IMG/VR virus record: IMGVR_UViG_3300033417_000017
Coordinates: 1 to 44,409 of that record
Length of the DNA: 44,409 nt
Source: a virus
Direction: 5' to 3' (one strand)
The position numbers and the translations under genes are program-made. Of the stretch, positions 1 to 5,201 are shown in pieces. How positions within the stretch are numbered: the stretch's first letter is position 1; every line of letters begins with the position of its first letter. The notes beneath the pieces are model-generated. The model ran no database searches and was not told the origin of the DNA. It saw nothing but the letters and a program-made list of their open reading frames with translations.

Positions 1-12
1 CCCCCCCCCCCC
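1..12 (-). repeat. C12 homopolymer (G12 on the coding minus strand); second copy at 44283..44294
   Basis: Twelve consecutive C counted at the window start and again after GA at 44281-44282. Confidence 0.95.
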
Positions 13-127
13 ACCAAACCCCCGTCCAGCGGGGGTGGCTTGGCCATCTTGCGGATCGCTTCCATCTGCTCATCGCTGATTTCGTCGTTGTAGTCGGGAA
101 GGTCATGCTCCATAGATTTGCGGTTCG
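1..127. repeat. Terminal overlap identical to 44283..44409; circular closure of the assembly (unique length 44282 bp)
   Basis: Read directly: bases 1-127 (C12-ACCAAACCCCCGTCCAGC...CATAGATTTGCGGTTCG) recur exactly at 44283-44409. Confidence 0.95.
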
Positions 128-521
128 CCGTATCCCCACAGCTTGCAGCCGAAAGGTGGGTTAGCATGGCGGCGGCTTCATGCGGTGTGTTATCTAGCGT
201 GAAGAACGCAGGGCCATCGGCGGTGCTATCGTGGTGGGTTCTGTACCAACTTTGCGGCGTTTCCAGTCGTTCCACCAGTCCCCCAACCTCTGCCGTGGGT
301 GGAGAAGGGAAGTCGGCGATGTTGCAAGGCTCCGCGCCACAATGAGGACATGCGGTTGCGATCCTTCCTCCACAGTCGGGGCAATTTACGCCCGGCCCCT
401 CTGCCGTGGGTGGAGAGAGGCGAGCGGCGATGCGGGCAGCAGTTTCGGCGCAGGAATCGCACCCGCTATGAAGCAGCCCTTCCTCCTCAAGCGCCTCTCT
501 CACTTGTTCAGCGGTCGGCAT
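1..521 (-). CDS. N-terminal part of a junction-spanning Cys-rich ORF (runs off the window start and continues at 44282 in the circular genome)
   Basis: ATG at 521 with GGAGG 7 nt upstream. Hand translation is open from 521 to 1: MPTAEQVREALEEEGLLHSGCDSCAETAARIAARLSPPTAEGPGVNCPDCGGRIATACPHCGAEPCNIADFPSPPTAEVGG...MEHDLPDYNDEISDEQMEAIRKMAKPPPLDGGLV, then the G12 tract. Absent from the ORF track because there is no stop inside the window. Confidence 0.7.
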   Translation of the reverse strand, partial: MPTAEQVREALEEEGLLHSGCDSCAETAARIAARLSPPTAEGPGVNCPDCGGRIATACPHCGAEPCNIADFPSPPTAEVGGLVERLETPQSWYRTHHDSTADGPAFFTLDNTPHEAAAMLTHLSAASCGDTANRKSMEHDLPDYNDEISDEQMEAIRKMAKPPPLDGGLVGGG

Positions 522-795
522 CGGAAGCCTCCAGTTCTGCGCGCTGGTTCCATGCAGCGATGGCCGAAGCCGTTGCTTGAGCAATTGTTGGCTTGCCATT
601 AGCCCGGCCCCAAGGTGTTTCATCGCACTGAGTTCTGGGAAAGGCGTAATTGCAGAACCGACATCCAATGCGCGGGCAAGGGGTTTCCATGCCGCTCGCC
701 GCCGTTCCATGATATCGGACATAGTCCAGTTCAGCCACCCCGCCGCAAAACGGACACGCTTTCAGCTCCGCCGCGATCTGCTTAGCGTCCTTCAT
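508..795 (-). CDS. Lar-family restriction alleviation-like zinc-ribbon protein
   Basis: 95 aa with an N-terminal LKACPFCGG zinc-ribbon start, a second Cys pair (CRFC) and a C-terminal AIAAWNQRA motif, as I remember for Lar-like proteins. Confidence 0.7.
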   Translation of the reverse strand: MKDAKQIAAELKACPFCGGVAELDYVRYHGTAASGMETPCPRIGCRFCNYAFPRTQCDETPWGRANGKPTIAQATASAIAAWNQRAELEASDADR

Positions 796-964
796 CGTTC
801 GGCTCCTTAGGCCGGTGTTCGCCGCAGTGATCGTTCTTGTGGTGGAGAATAAACTCAGGAAAGCGCGTGCAGTATTTGGCTTTGGGTGGTGTGATTACGT
901 CGCCGAATGGCGGCTCGTCGTTGTCTAAGCCCCAAAACCGGCAATTCTCGCATCGTGCGCTCAC
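782..964 (-). CDS. Small Cys-rich hypothetical protein (60 aa)
   Basis: In-frame GTG at 964 forms a GTGA start/stop overlap with the upstream gene (stop 961-963). Reads VSARCENCRFWGLDNDEPPFGDV...CTRF...HCGEH. The longer track ORF N-terminus overlaps the upstream gene and is R-rich junk. Confidence 0.55.
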   Translation of the reverse strand: MSARCENCRFWGLDNDEPPFGDVITPPKAKYCTRFPEFILHHKNDHCGEHRPKEPNDEGR

Positions 965-1392
965 TTGCCACCCCCTGCGAGGGCTTGGAGCGGAGGGCAC
1001 ACGATTTCGTCGAATATTTCGTTCAGCGCCTCTTCGGCTGCTTTCTCTCCTGCCTTCCACTTAAGCCAGTTGCCGCAAACGATTTTCCGCAGTTCCGCAT
1101 TCTCGACCCGAAGCGTTTCAGTGCTGGAGATGCGGTGGCGATGCTCGGTTAGCAAGGCGAGCCACATAACGCGCGCCAGATCAGCCACATCGCTGCTGTG
1201 TTTGTATCGCGTTGGGATGCCGTCGCCCCTGTGCGAATACATTTCACAAAGCGCCATTTTCGCAGCGCTCGCTTCGAGCAAGGTTGCGGTGCGCAGATCG
1301 TTGGCTATTCCCAGGTCGAGGTTCTCTTGTGCGAACGGTGTCACCTCGACAGGATCGGTTTCGGGGCGGGTGAGGGTAGCTAGTTTGGCCAT
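961..1392 (-). CDS. Hypothetical early protein carrying the MYSHRGDGIPT motif
   Basis: 143-aa ORF; GGAACGGAAG upstream of the ATG; a TGA lies immediately before the ATG in the same frame; shares an 11-aa motif with the 2118..2453 product. Confidence 0.75.
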   Translation of the reverse strand: MAKLATLTRPETDPVEVTPFAQENLDLGIANDLRTATLLEASAAKMALCEMYSHRGDGIPTRYKHSSDVADLARVMWLALLTEHRHRISSTETLRVENAELRKIVCGNWLKWKAGEKAAEEALNEIFDEIVCPPLQALAGGGK

Positions 1393-1612
1393 TCACTTCC
1401 GTTCCACCGACACCTGCGGGGCACCATTTTTCAATGGTATAGATGGCTGCCTTCGCCACCTCGCTAACCCGCTGCATATAAGCTTCGTGGTCGGCATTGG
1501 CTTGGGCGAGCTTGTAGGCGGTATTATCGCGGGCGGCGAGGGAGTGAAACCAAGTACTATTCAGCGCCGCTTTCGCCCGCGCGATCTGGGCTTCGGTTGG
1601 TTCAATGGTCAT
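1244..1612 (-). CDS. Hypothetical protein; the 3' ~150 nt overlap the next gene and read as R-rich junk (possible frameshift at GGGG 1418-1421)
   Basis: ATG at 1612 in an ATGA overlap with the upstream stop (1609-1611). MTIEPTEAQIARAKAALNSTWFHSLAARDN... looks protein-like up to ...IEKWCP. Confidence 0.5.
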   Translation of the reverse strand: MTIEPTEAQIARAKAALNSTWFHSLAARDNTAYKLAQANADHEAYMQRVSEVAKAAIYTIEKWCPAGVGGTEVNGQTSYPHPPRNRSCRGDTVRTREPRPGNSQRSAHRNLARSERCENGAL

Positions 1613-1905
1613 TGGTTCATCCCTCCTGCTCCACCATGAGCCAGCCATTTCGCAACATATTCGGGAGAGCCTTTGCAGCTACCGGGGACGTAGTCGTAAA
1701 GAAACGCGGCCCAATTCCAAAACGCCTGCTTGTTTTCTTCGTCCATTCGACCAGCGGCCCCCATGAAATCGTTTTCGAGCAGTAGGCGCAATCCACCTCC
1801 CGGCGGGATGCCATTGAGAACGTATAGCGTAATGCCGTCGTGCATATGGGACGGGATCAGGTGTAAGCCTTGTTCCAGTCTGGATTTGATATATTCTTCA
1901 CTCAC
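1609..1905 (-). CDS. Hypothetical protein (98 aa)
   Basis: GTG start in a GTGA overlap with the upstream small ORF stop; coherent sequence MSEEYIKSRLEQGLHLIPSHMHDGITLYVLNGIPPGG... Confidence 0.75.
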   Translation of the reverse strand: MSEEYIKSRLEQGLHLIPSHMHDGITLYVLNGIPPGGGLRLLLENDFMGAAGRMDEENKQAFWNWAAFLYDYVPGSCKGSPEYVAKWLAHGGAGGMNQ

Positions 1906-2063
1906 CTCATCCTCCTATCCGCCAGCTTTGTGACGGGTGTTGCTGCGTGCCATACCGGAAGGGCGCGGCGGGTTGTGGTCTGCTCGACCAGTTCCAGCCG
2001 GACACCTTTGGCCCGCTGCCGTTCGGCATAGGCCCGCGCCAGATCGGGGCAATCGAACGTCAT
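1902..2063 (-). CDS. Small hypothetical protein (53 aa, below the track cut-off)
   Basis: Hand translation MTFDCPDLARAYAERQRAKGVRLELVEQTTTRRALPVWHAATPVTKLADRRMR. The stop overlaps the next GTG start. The frame is also open, in frame, back to the upstream TGA at 2118-2120. Confidence 0.5.
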   Translation of the reverse strand: MTFDCPDLARAYAERQRAKGVRLELVEQTTTRRALPVWHAATPVTKLADRRMR

Positions 2064-2117
2064 CACAACGCGACCGCCGGGCGATTGGGCGAAGTAGATG
2101 GTGGCAATTGAGGGGGG

Positions 2118-2453
2118 TCAATCTTGCTTCCCCCGAAAGGCGCGGAAGGCGGCGAGGACGCGTCCACCAGCCTTCAAATCCTCAGCTACCATTTTCTCGA
2201 TGCCCGCCGCGCGCGGGCTATTAGGGTAGAAAGCATGACCTTCTGCAATATCGGTTTGGCAGTCGCGGGCTGTTTCCAGCGCCCCAGCCATCCCCTCCGC
2301 CAGCCCCATCAGCTCGGCATAGCGGGCTTCGAGGGTTTCGATTGCGGCGAGAGCTTCCTGTCCATCAGGGTTGACCGGCTGTGTCGGGATGCCATCGCCA
2401 CGGTGCGAATACATCGCCAGCAACCTCTCCTTCAGCCCTTCAAACTCGCTCAT
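2118..2453 (-). CDS. Hypothetical early protein carrying the MYSHRGDGIPT motif
   Basis: 111-aa ORF; start overlaps the stop of the upstream gene; motif shared with 961..1392. Confidence 0.75.
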   Translation of the reverse strand: MSEFEGLKERLLAMYSHRGDGIPTQPVNPDGQEALAAIETLEARYAELMGLAEGMAGALETARDCQTDIAEGHAFYPNSPRAAGIEKMVAEDLKAGGRVLAAFRAFRGKQD

Positions 2454-2617
2454 TGTTCGCGCTCCGCAAAGCGGCAGTTCTCCGCATGTTGCCGCACCAA
2501 TTTTGCAGCGGCTTCCAAGCGGTCAGCGGCAGTGAAGAACGCGCCGTCCTCGGCATACGTGATTGCCACGTCGATTTTCTCGCGGGCATCTTCCATCAAA
2601 TAGCTTTGCTTGCTCAT
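2450..2617 (-). CDS. Small hypothetical protein (55 aa)
   Basis: Internal ATG at 2617 in an ATGA overlap with the upstream small ORF stop; MSKQSYLMEDAREKIDVAITYAEDGAFFTAADRLEAAAKL... Confidence 0.6.
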   Translation of the reverse strand: MSKQSYLMEDAREKIDVAITYAEDGAFFTAADRLEAAAKLVRQHAENCRFAEREQ

Positions 2618-2757
2618 TCCATTTCTCCCGGACAACGCGCCAGTCGTTCGCTCGCGCAGGTTTCAAGGCCCTTGATGATACCCTGCCCGAACACCGCCAG
2701 AGCAAGGCCAGCGAGGCACAGGAGAGCGGTGCGGGCTGAGGGGCGGGTCATTCCCAT
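2614..2757 (-). CDS. Small hydrophobic / signal-peptide-like protein (45-47 aa)
   Basis: Hand translation M(GM)TRPSARTALLCLAGLALAVFGQGIIKGLETCASERLARCPGEME; the stop overlaps the next ATG; below the track cut-off. Confidence 0.35.
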   Translation of the reverse strand: MGMTRPSARTALLCLAGLALAVFGQGIIKGLETCASERLARCPGEME

Positions 2758-2927
2758 ACCCCAAGAAACCAGCTTGCGGCTGCATACCACCCAGCCACTA
2801 AAGTAAGTCCCCCGACAACCTTGCCCGCCGCGACCAGACCAAAATCATGGACGAGGAGGAACAAAATAACCGAACAAAACAGCCACTGGGAGCGCCAGCA
2901 TCGCCCACCCGATTGTTTCGCCGTCCA

Positions 2928-3701
2928 TCACCCCAACTCCTCTCGCTTGGCCGCGATCAACCCTGCCGGGACAATCCCCAGCCCATAGTCTTCTGGGCGG
3001 GCGGGGATTTCATCGGGAGCCGCCCAACCGAACATCGGCAGGAAGAAAAGCGGCTTACCCTGGTCGAACAAGATGGCGGAGCCTTGAATTTCCCCCGCAG
3101 CATCCCCCGCAGCATCCCGCGCAGCAGCCCGCGCAGCAGCCCGCGCAGCATCCCCCGCAGCATCCCGCGCAGCAGCCCGCGCAGCATCCCCCGCAGCATC
3201 CCCCGCAGCAGCCCGCGCAGCCCACGCAGCAGCCCGCGCAGCATCCCCCGCAGCCCACGCAGCAGCCCGCGCAGCATCCCCCGCAGCCCACGCAGCATCC
3301 CGCGCAGCAGCGACTTCCTTCCACCGGGCAGCATCAAGCTGGTCGAACGCCCACCAGAAATCGAGCAGGCGGCTCCACTGGTCGCCCAGCACCTTGCCGG
3401 GGTCGGTCAGGACAACCGAAGGCGCGCCATCCATGCTGTCGTTGATGTTGCGCAAGAGCACGGCGTGGGCGCGGCTGATGTTGAGCAGCCCGGCCGTCTC
3501 AAGATCGGCTTTAGCCTGATCAGCTTTGCGGAGATCGTCGAAGCTCCAACCACCGCTCAAGTGAAGGATTTGCCCCTGCGCGCACATGCAGCCGATGTTT
3601 TCCGGGTCTGCCTGATACGCGGACCAGTCTATCAGCGATCCCTTATAGGGCTTGCCCTCACCGCTATCCCAGCGGGTGATAATTTCTCGAATGTCGGTCA
3701 T
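2928..3701 (-). CDS. Ala-rich tandem-repeat protein (globular N-domain, ~19 short A-rich repeats, short C-domain)
   Basis: ATG at 3701 (MTDIREIITRWDSGEGKPYKG...). The central part reads AARDAAWAAGDAARAAAWAAGDAARAAAWAARAAAGDAAGDAARAAARDAAGD...; only this frame is coherent on both sides of the repeat. Confidence 0.85.
   Translation of the reverse strand: MTDIREIITRWDSGEGKPYKGSLIDWSAYQADPENIGCMCAQGQILHLSGGWSFDDLRKADQAKADLETAGLLNISRAHAVLLRNINDSMDGAPSVVLTDPGKVLGDQWSRLLDFWWAFDQLDAARWKEVAAARDAAWAAGDAARAAAWAAGDAARAAAWAARAAAGDAAGDAARAAARDAAGDAARAAARAAARDAAGDAAGEIQGSAILFDQGKPLFFLPMFGWAAPDEIPARPEDYGLGIVPAGLIAAKREELG
3098..3310. repeat. Tandem array of 12-nt (GCAGCATCCCCC / GCAGCATCCCGC / GCAGCAGCCCGC) and 9-nt (GCAGCCCAC) units inside the CDS
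   Basis: About 19 contiguous units read directly. All are multiples of 3 nt and encode GDAA/RDAA/RAAA/WAA on the minus strand. Confidence 0.9.
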
Positions 3702-3705
3702 CGTG

Positions 3706-3849
3706 TCACCCTCCCACCTTGTCGCGCAGCTTGTCTTGTTCGCTGCGGCTAAGTTCAAGATACTCACGCACGGACAAGAAGCCGCTGCGGTGCGCCGGAA
3801 CTACATTGTTTAGCGCAGAGCGGAATATACGAATTCGCAGGCCTGTCAT
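3706..3849 (-). CDS. Small hypothetical protein (47 aa)
   Basis: AAGGAG 8 nt upstream of the ATG at 3849; MTGLRIRIFRSALNNVVPAHRSGFLSVREYLELSRSEQDKLRDKVGG; below the track cut-off. Confidence 0.5.
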   Translation of the reverse strand: MTGLRIRIFRSALNNVVPAHRSGFLSVREYLELSRSEQDKLRDKVGG

Positions 3850-3870
3850 TGTCGTCACTCCTTATAAAGA

Positions 3871-3894
3871 GCGCCCCCTTATACCATAGGGCGC
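3871..3894 (-). terminator. Putative intrinsic terminator after gene 3913..4074
   Basis: On the minus strand GCGCCC-(12-nt loop)-GGGCGC is followed by TCTTTAT. The loop contains TGGTATAAG, which resembles an extended -10 element. Confidence 0.5.
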
Positions 3895-3912
3895 ATGGAC
3901 TGGCCAGCGCGA

Positions 3913-4074
3913 TTAGCGCCGCGCCGCCGTAAACCGGACGTGAAGGACTTCCTCAGCGTCCGCCAACGTGCGCGAAACGTCGCTGAGCCAATCTTCGCTT
4001 TTGTACTCCTCAGTAAGTGTAAGTACCAACGGCTTAGGTTTCGCCTTGAGATAGATTTCGATCTTAGCTTTCAT
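3913..4074 (-). CDS. Small hypothetical protein (53 aa)
   Basis: ATG at 4074 preceded by AAGAAGGAGACTCGAA; MKAKIEIYLKAKPKPLVLTLTEEYKSEDWLSDVSRTLADAEEVLHVRF... Confidence 0.65.
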   Translation of the reverse strand: MKAKIEIYLKAKPKPLVLTLTEEYKSEDWLSDVSRTLADAEEVLHVRFTAARR

Positions 4075-4108
4075 TTCGAGTCTCCTTCTTGACAATGCTG
4101 CCATCGTT

Positions 4109-4145
4109 GCCGCCATAGCCCAGACTAACGCCGGGCTATGGCGGC
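4109..4145 (-). promoter_or_regulatory. Perfect 13-bp GC-rich hairpin (member 1 of a 3-member intergenic hairpin family)
   Basis: GCCGCCATAGCCC (4109-4121) pairs with GGGCTATGGCGGC (4133-4145) around an 11-nt loop holding the stop of gene 4125..4307. It is followed on the minus strand by GATGGCAG (4098-4105) and then the SD. Confidence 0.7.
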
Positions 4146-4307
4146 GCGGCTCTGTTGCATTCTGCGGCTGAGCCGCATCTGTTCGTAGAACGCGTCGACA
4201 TGTGCGTCATAGTGGCGGACTTCTGCTATGGGAGCCGCTTCTCCGCGTTCGATAGCGCCGGTCACGTGGTAACGCAGCGCTTCGCGTGGACTATTGAATT
4301 GTCTCAT
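4125..4307 (-). CDS. Small hypothetical protein (60 aa)
   Basis: ATG at 4307 preceded by CAGGAGGAGACTTGAG; MRQFNSPREALRYHVTGAIERGEAAPIAEVRHYDAHVDAFYEQMRL... Confidence 0.65.
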   Translation of the reverse strand: MRQFNSPREALRYHVTGAIERGEAAPIAEVRHYDAHVDAFYEQMRLSRRMQQSRAAIARR

Positions 4308-4333
4308 CTCAAGTCTCCTCCTGTAGCGGGCCG

Positions 4334-4567
4334 CTATAGATAGGTTTGGCAGTCCGCCCATAGCGGCGGCTTGTTCATACAAGAACGAATTCCATCAGAG
4401 TGTCTGACCGCGACGGACACGCCAACAGGCAGACATTGAAGATACTGCGCGCATTCATCGCCGGTCCCCTCGAATACTTGTGTCTCCTGTTCGCCGATAA
4501 CGACCAGCCGCGCGCCATCACTGCACGGCGCGGAACGGCGCACCGATTGAACATATAATTTCACCAT
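4334..4567 (-). CDS. Small hypothetical protein (77 aa)
   Basis: ATG preceded by AGAGGAGACAAGAA; ORF taken from the track. Confidence 0.65.
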   Translation of the reverse strand: MVKLYVQSVRRSAPCSDGARLVVIGEQETQVFEGTGDECAQYLQCLPVGVSVAVRHSDGIRSCMNKPPLWADCQTYL

Positions 4568-4579
4568 TTCTTGTCTCCT

Positions 4580-4850
4580 CTATTGCAGCGCAGTTTCTAT
4601 GTTGGAAAGGACGGACTCCAGCGAGTCCACAGCGTCGTCGAGCTCACTTGCCGCTTGTTCGGCGGCTTGGCCACGCTCCGATTGCTGAAGGCCGTCTGGC
4701 ATGTTGTCAAAGGCTTCCTGTTCCTCGTCGCGAACGGGCTCAACAATGGCCAGCGCCTCTTCCACGAAGACGCGCGCCTCTTCCACGAAGGCGCGCGTCT
4801 TCGTGGAAGAGGCGCGCCTTCTCTAACAGTTTACGTCGTGCGTTGTTCAT
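4580..4850 (-). pseudogene. Acidic DEEQEAFDN-motif protein gene interrupted by a 40-nt palindromic insertion (frameshift)
   Basis: ATG at 4850 (AGGAG 7 nt upstream) gives MNNARRKLLEKARLFHEDAR, then junk and a stop. The remainder (VEEALAIVEPVRDEEQEAFDNMPDGLQQSERG...ETALQ) is in the +1 frame. Removing 4772-4811 restores one ORF, MNNARRKLLEKARVFVEEALAIV... Confidence 0.65.
4772..4817. repeat. Perfect 19-bp inverted repeat with 8-nt spacer, plus an adjacent 21-nt-period direct repeat
   Basis: GCGCGCCTCTTCCACGAAG (4772-4790) and CTTCGTGGAAGAGGCGCGC (4799-4817). GCGCCTCTTCCACGAAG also occurs at 4753-4769. Confidence 0.9.
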
Positions 4851-4889
4851 CTCAGTTACTCCTGTAGTCGGCAATGATCTGCCATCTTC

Positions 4890-4926
4890 GCCGCCAAGCC
4901 CGGACTAGCGGAACAGGCTTGGCGGC
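4890..4926 (-). promoter_or_regulatory. Perfect 11-bp GC-rich hairpin (family member 2)
   Basis: GCCGCCAAGCC (4890-4900) pairs with GGCTTGGCGGC (4916-4926). It lies 13 nt downstream of the stop of gene 4939..5091 and is followed on the minus strand by GATGGCAG (4879-4886). Confidence 0.7.
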
Positions 4927-4938
4927 TAAAGGGGCGGG

Positions 4939-5091
4939 TCAGGGGTGCGGCGGCCAGACTTGACGATCGAGCGTTCGCGGGACCGGCTTGTCCAGAATTT
5001 CAGCGCGCCTTGCGGCGGTGATCTTCGGATTGGCAAGCTCTTCGTAATAGCCCCTGGCGATGTAATCGCCGACGCTTTCTCCGTTCTTCAT
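4939..5091 (-). CDS. Small hypothetical protein (50 aa)
   Basis: ATG at 5091 preceded by TCAAGAAGGAGAC; MKNGESVGDYIARGYYEELANPKITAARRAEILDKPVPRTLDRQVWPPHP; below the track cut-off. Confidence 0.6.
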   Translation of the reverse strand: MKNGESVGDYIARGYYEELANPKITAARRAEILDKPVPRTLDRQVWPPHP

Positions 5092-5133
5092 AGGCGTATT
5101 GTGTCTCCTTCTTGACAGAATTGGCCTGTCATC

Positions 5134-5176
5134 GTAACCATGGGCTGCCCATTATTTCAGGGTAGCCCATGGTTAC
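5134..5176 (-). promoter_or_regulatory. Perfect 13-bp hairpin (family member 3)
   Basis: GTAACCATGGGCT (5134-5146) pairs with AGCCCATGGTTAC (5164-5176). It is downstream of the stop of gene 5202..5819 and is followed on the minus strand by GATGACAG (5126-5133). Confidence 0.7.
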
Positions 5177-5201
5177 AGGACGGGCCAGAGGTAGAAGCAC
5201 A

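Noticed and set aside
1-127. The 127-nt identical ends as a physical direct terminal repeat of the virion DNA
   Set aside because: An exact 127-nt overlap is what de Bruijn assemblers leave when a circular path is closed at a largest k of 127. It falls inside a coding region and begins at a homopolymer. I treat it as evidence of circular or permuted assembly only. True termini need read-start analysis.
2847-3752. Plus-strand 301-aa ORF (PRSIPRSSPRS repeats) and minus-strand ORFs 2957..3337 and 3055..3324 (LRGMLRG / CCAGCC repeats)
   Set aside because: These are alternative-frame readings of the 12/9-nt tandem repeat. Only the 2928..3701 minus frame has coherent non-repetitive sequence on both sides and a proper start context.
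4089-5117. TTGACA hexamers on the plus strand at 4089-4094 and 5112-5117 as rightward promoters
   Set aside because: They are the reverse complement of the conserved minus-strand TGTCAAGAAGGAGAC translation-initiation region. No plus-strand genes lie downstream.
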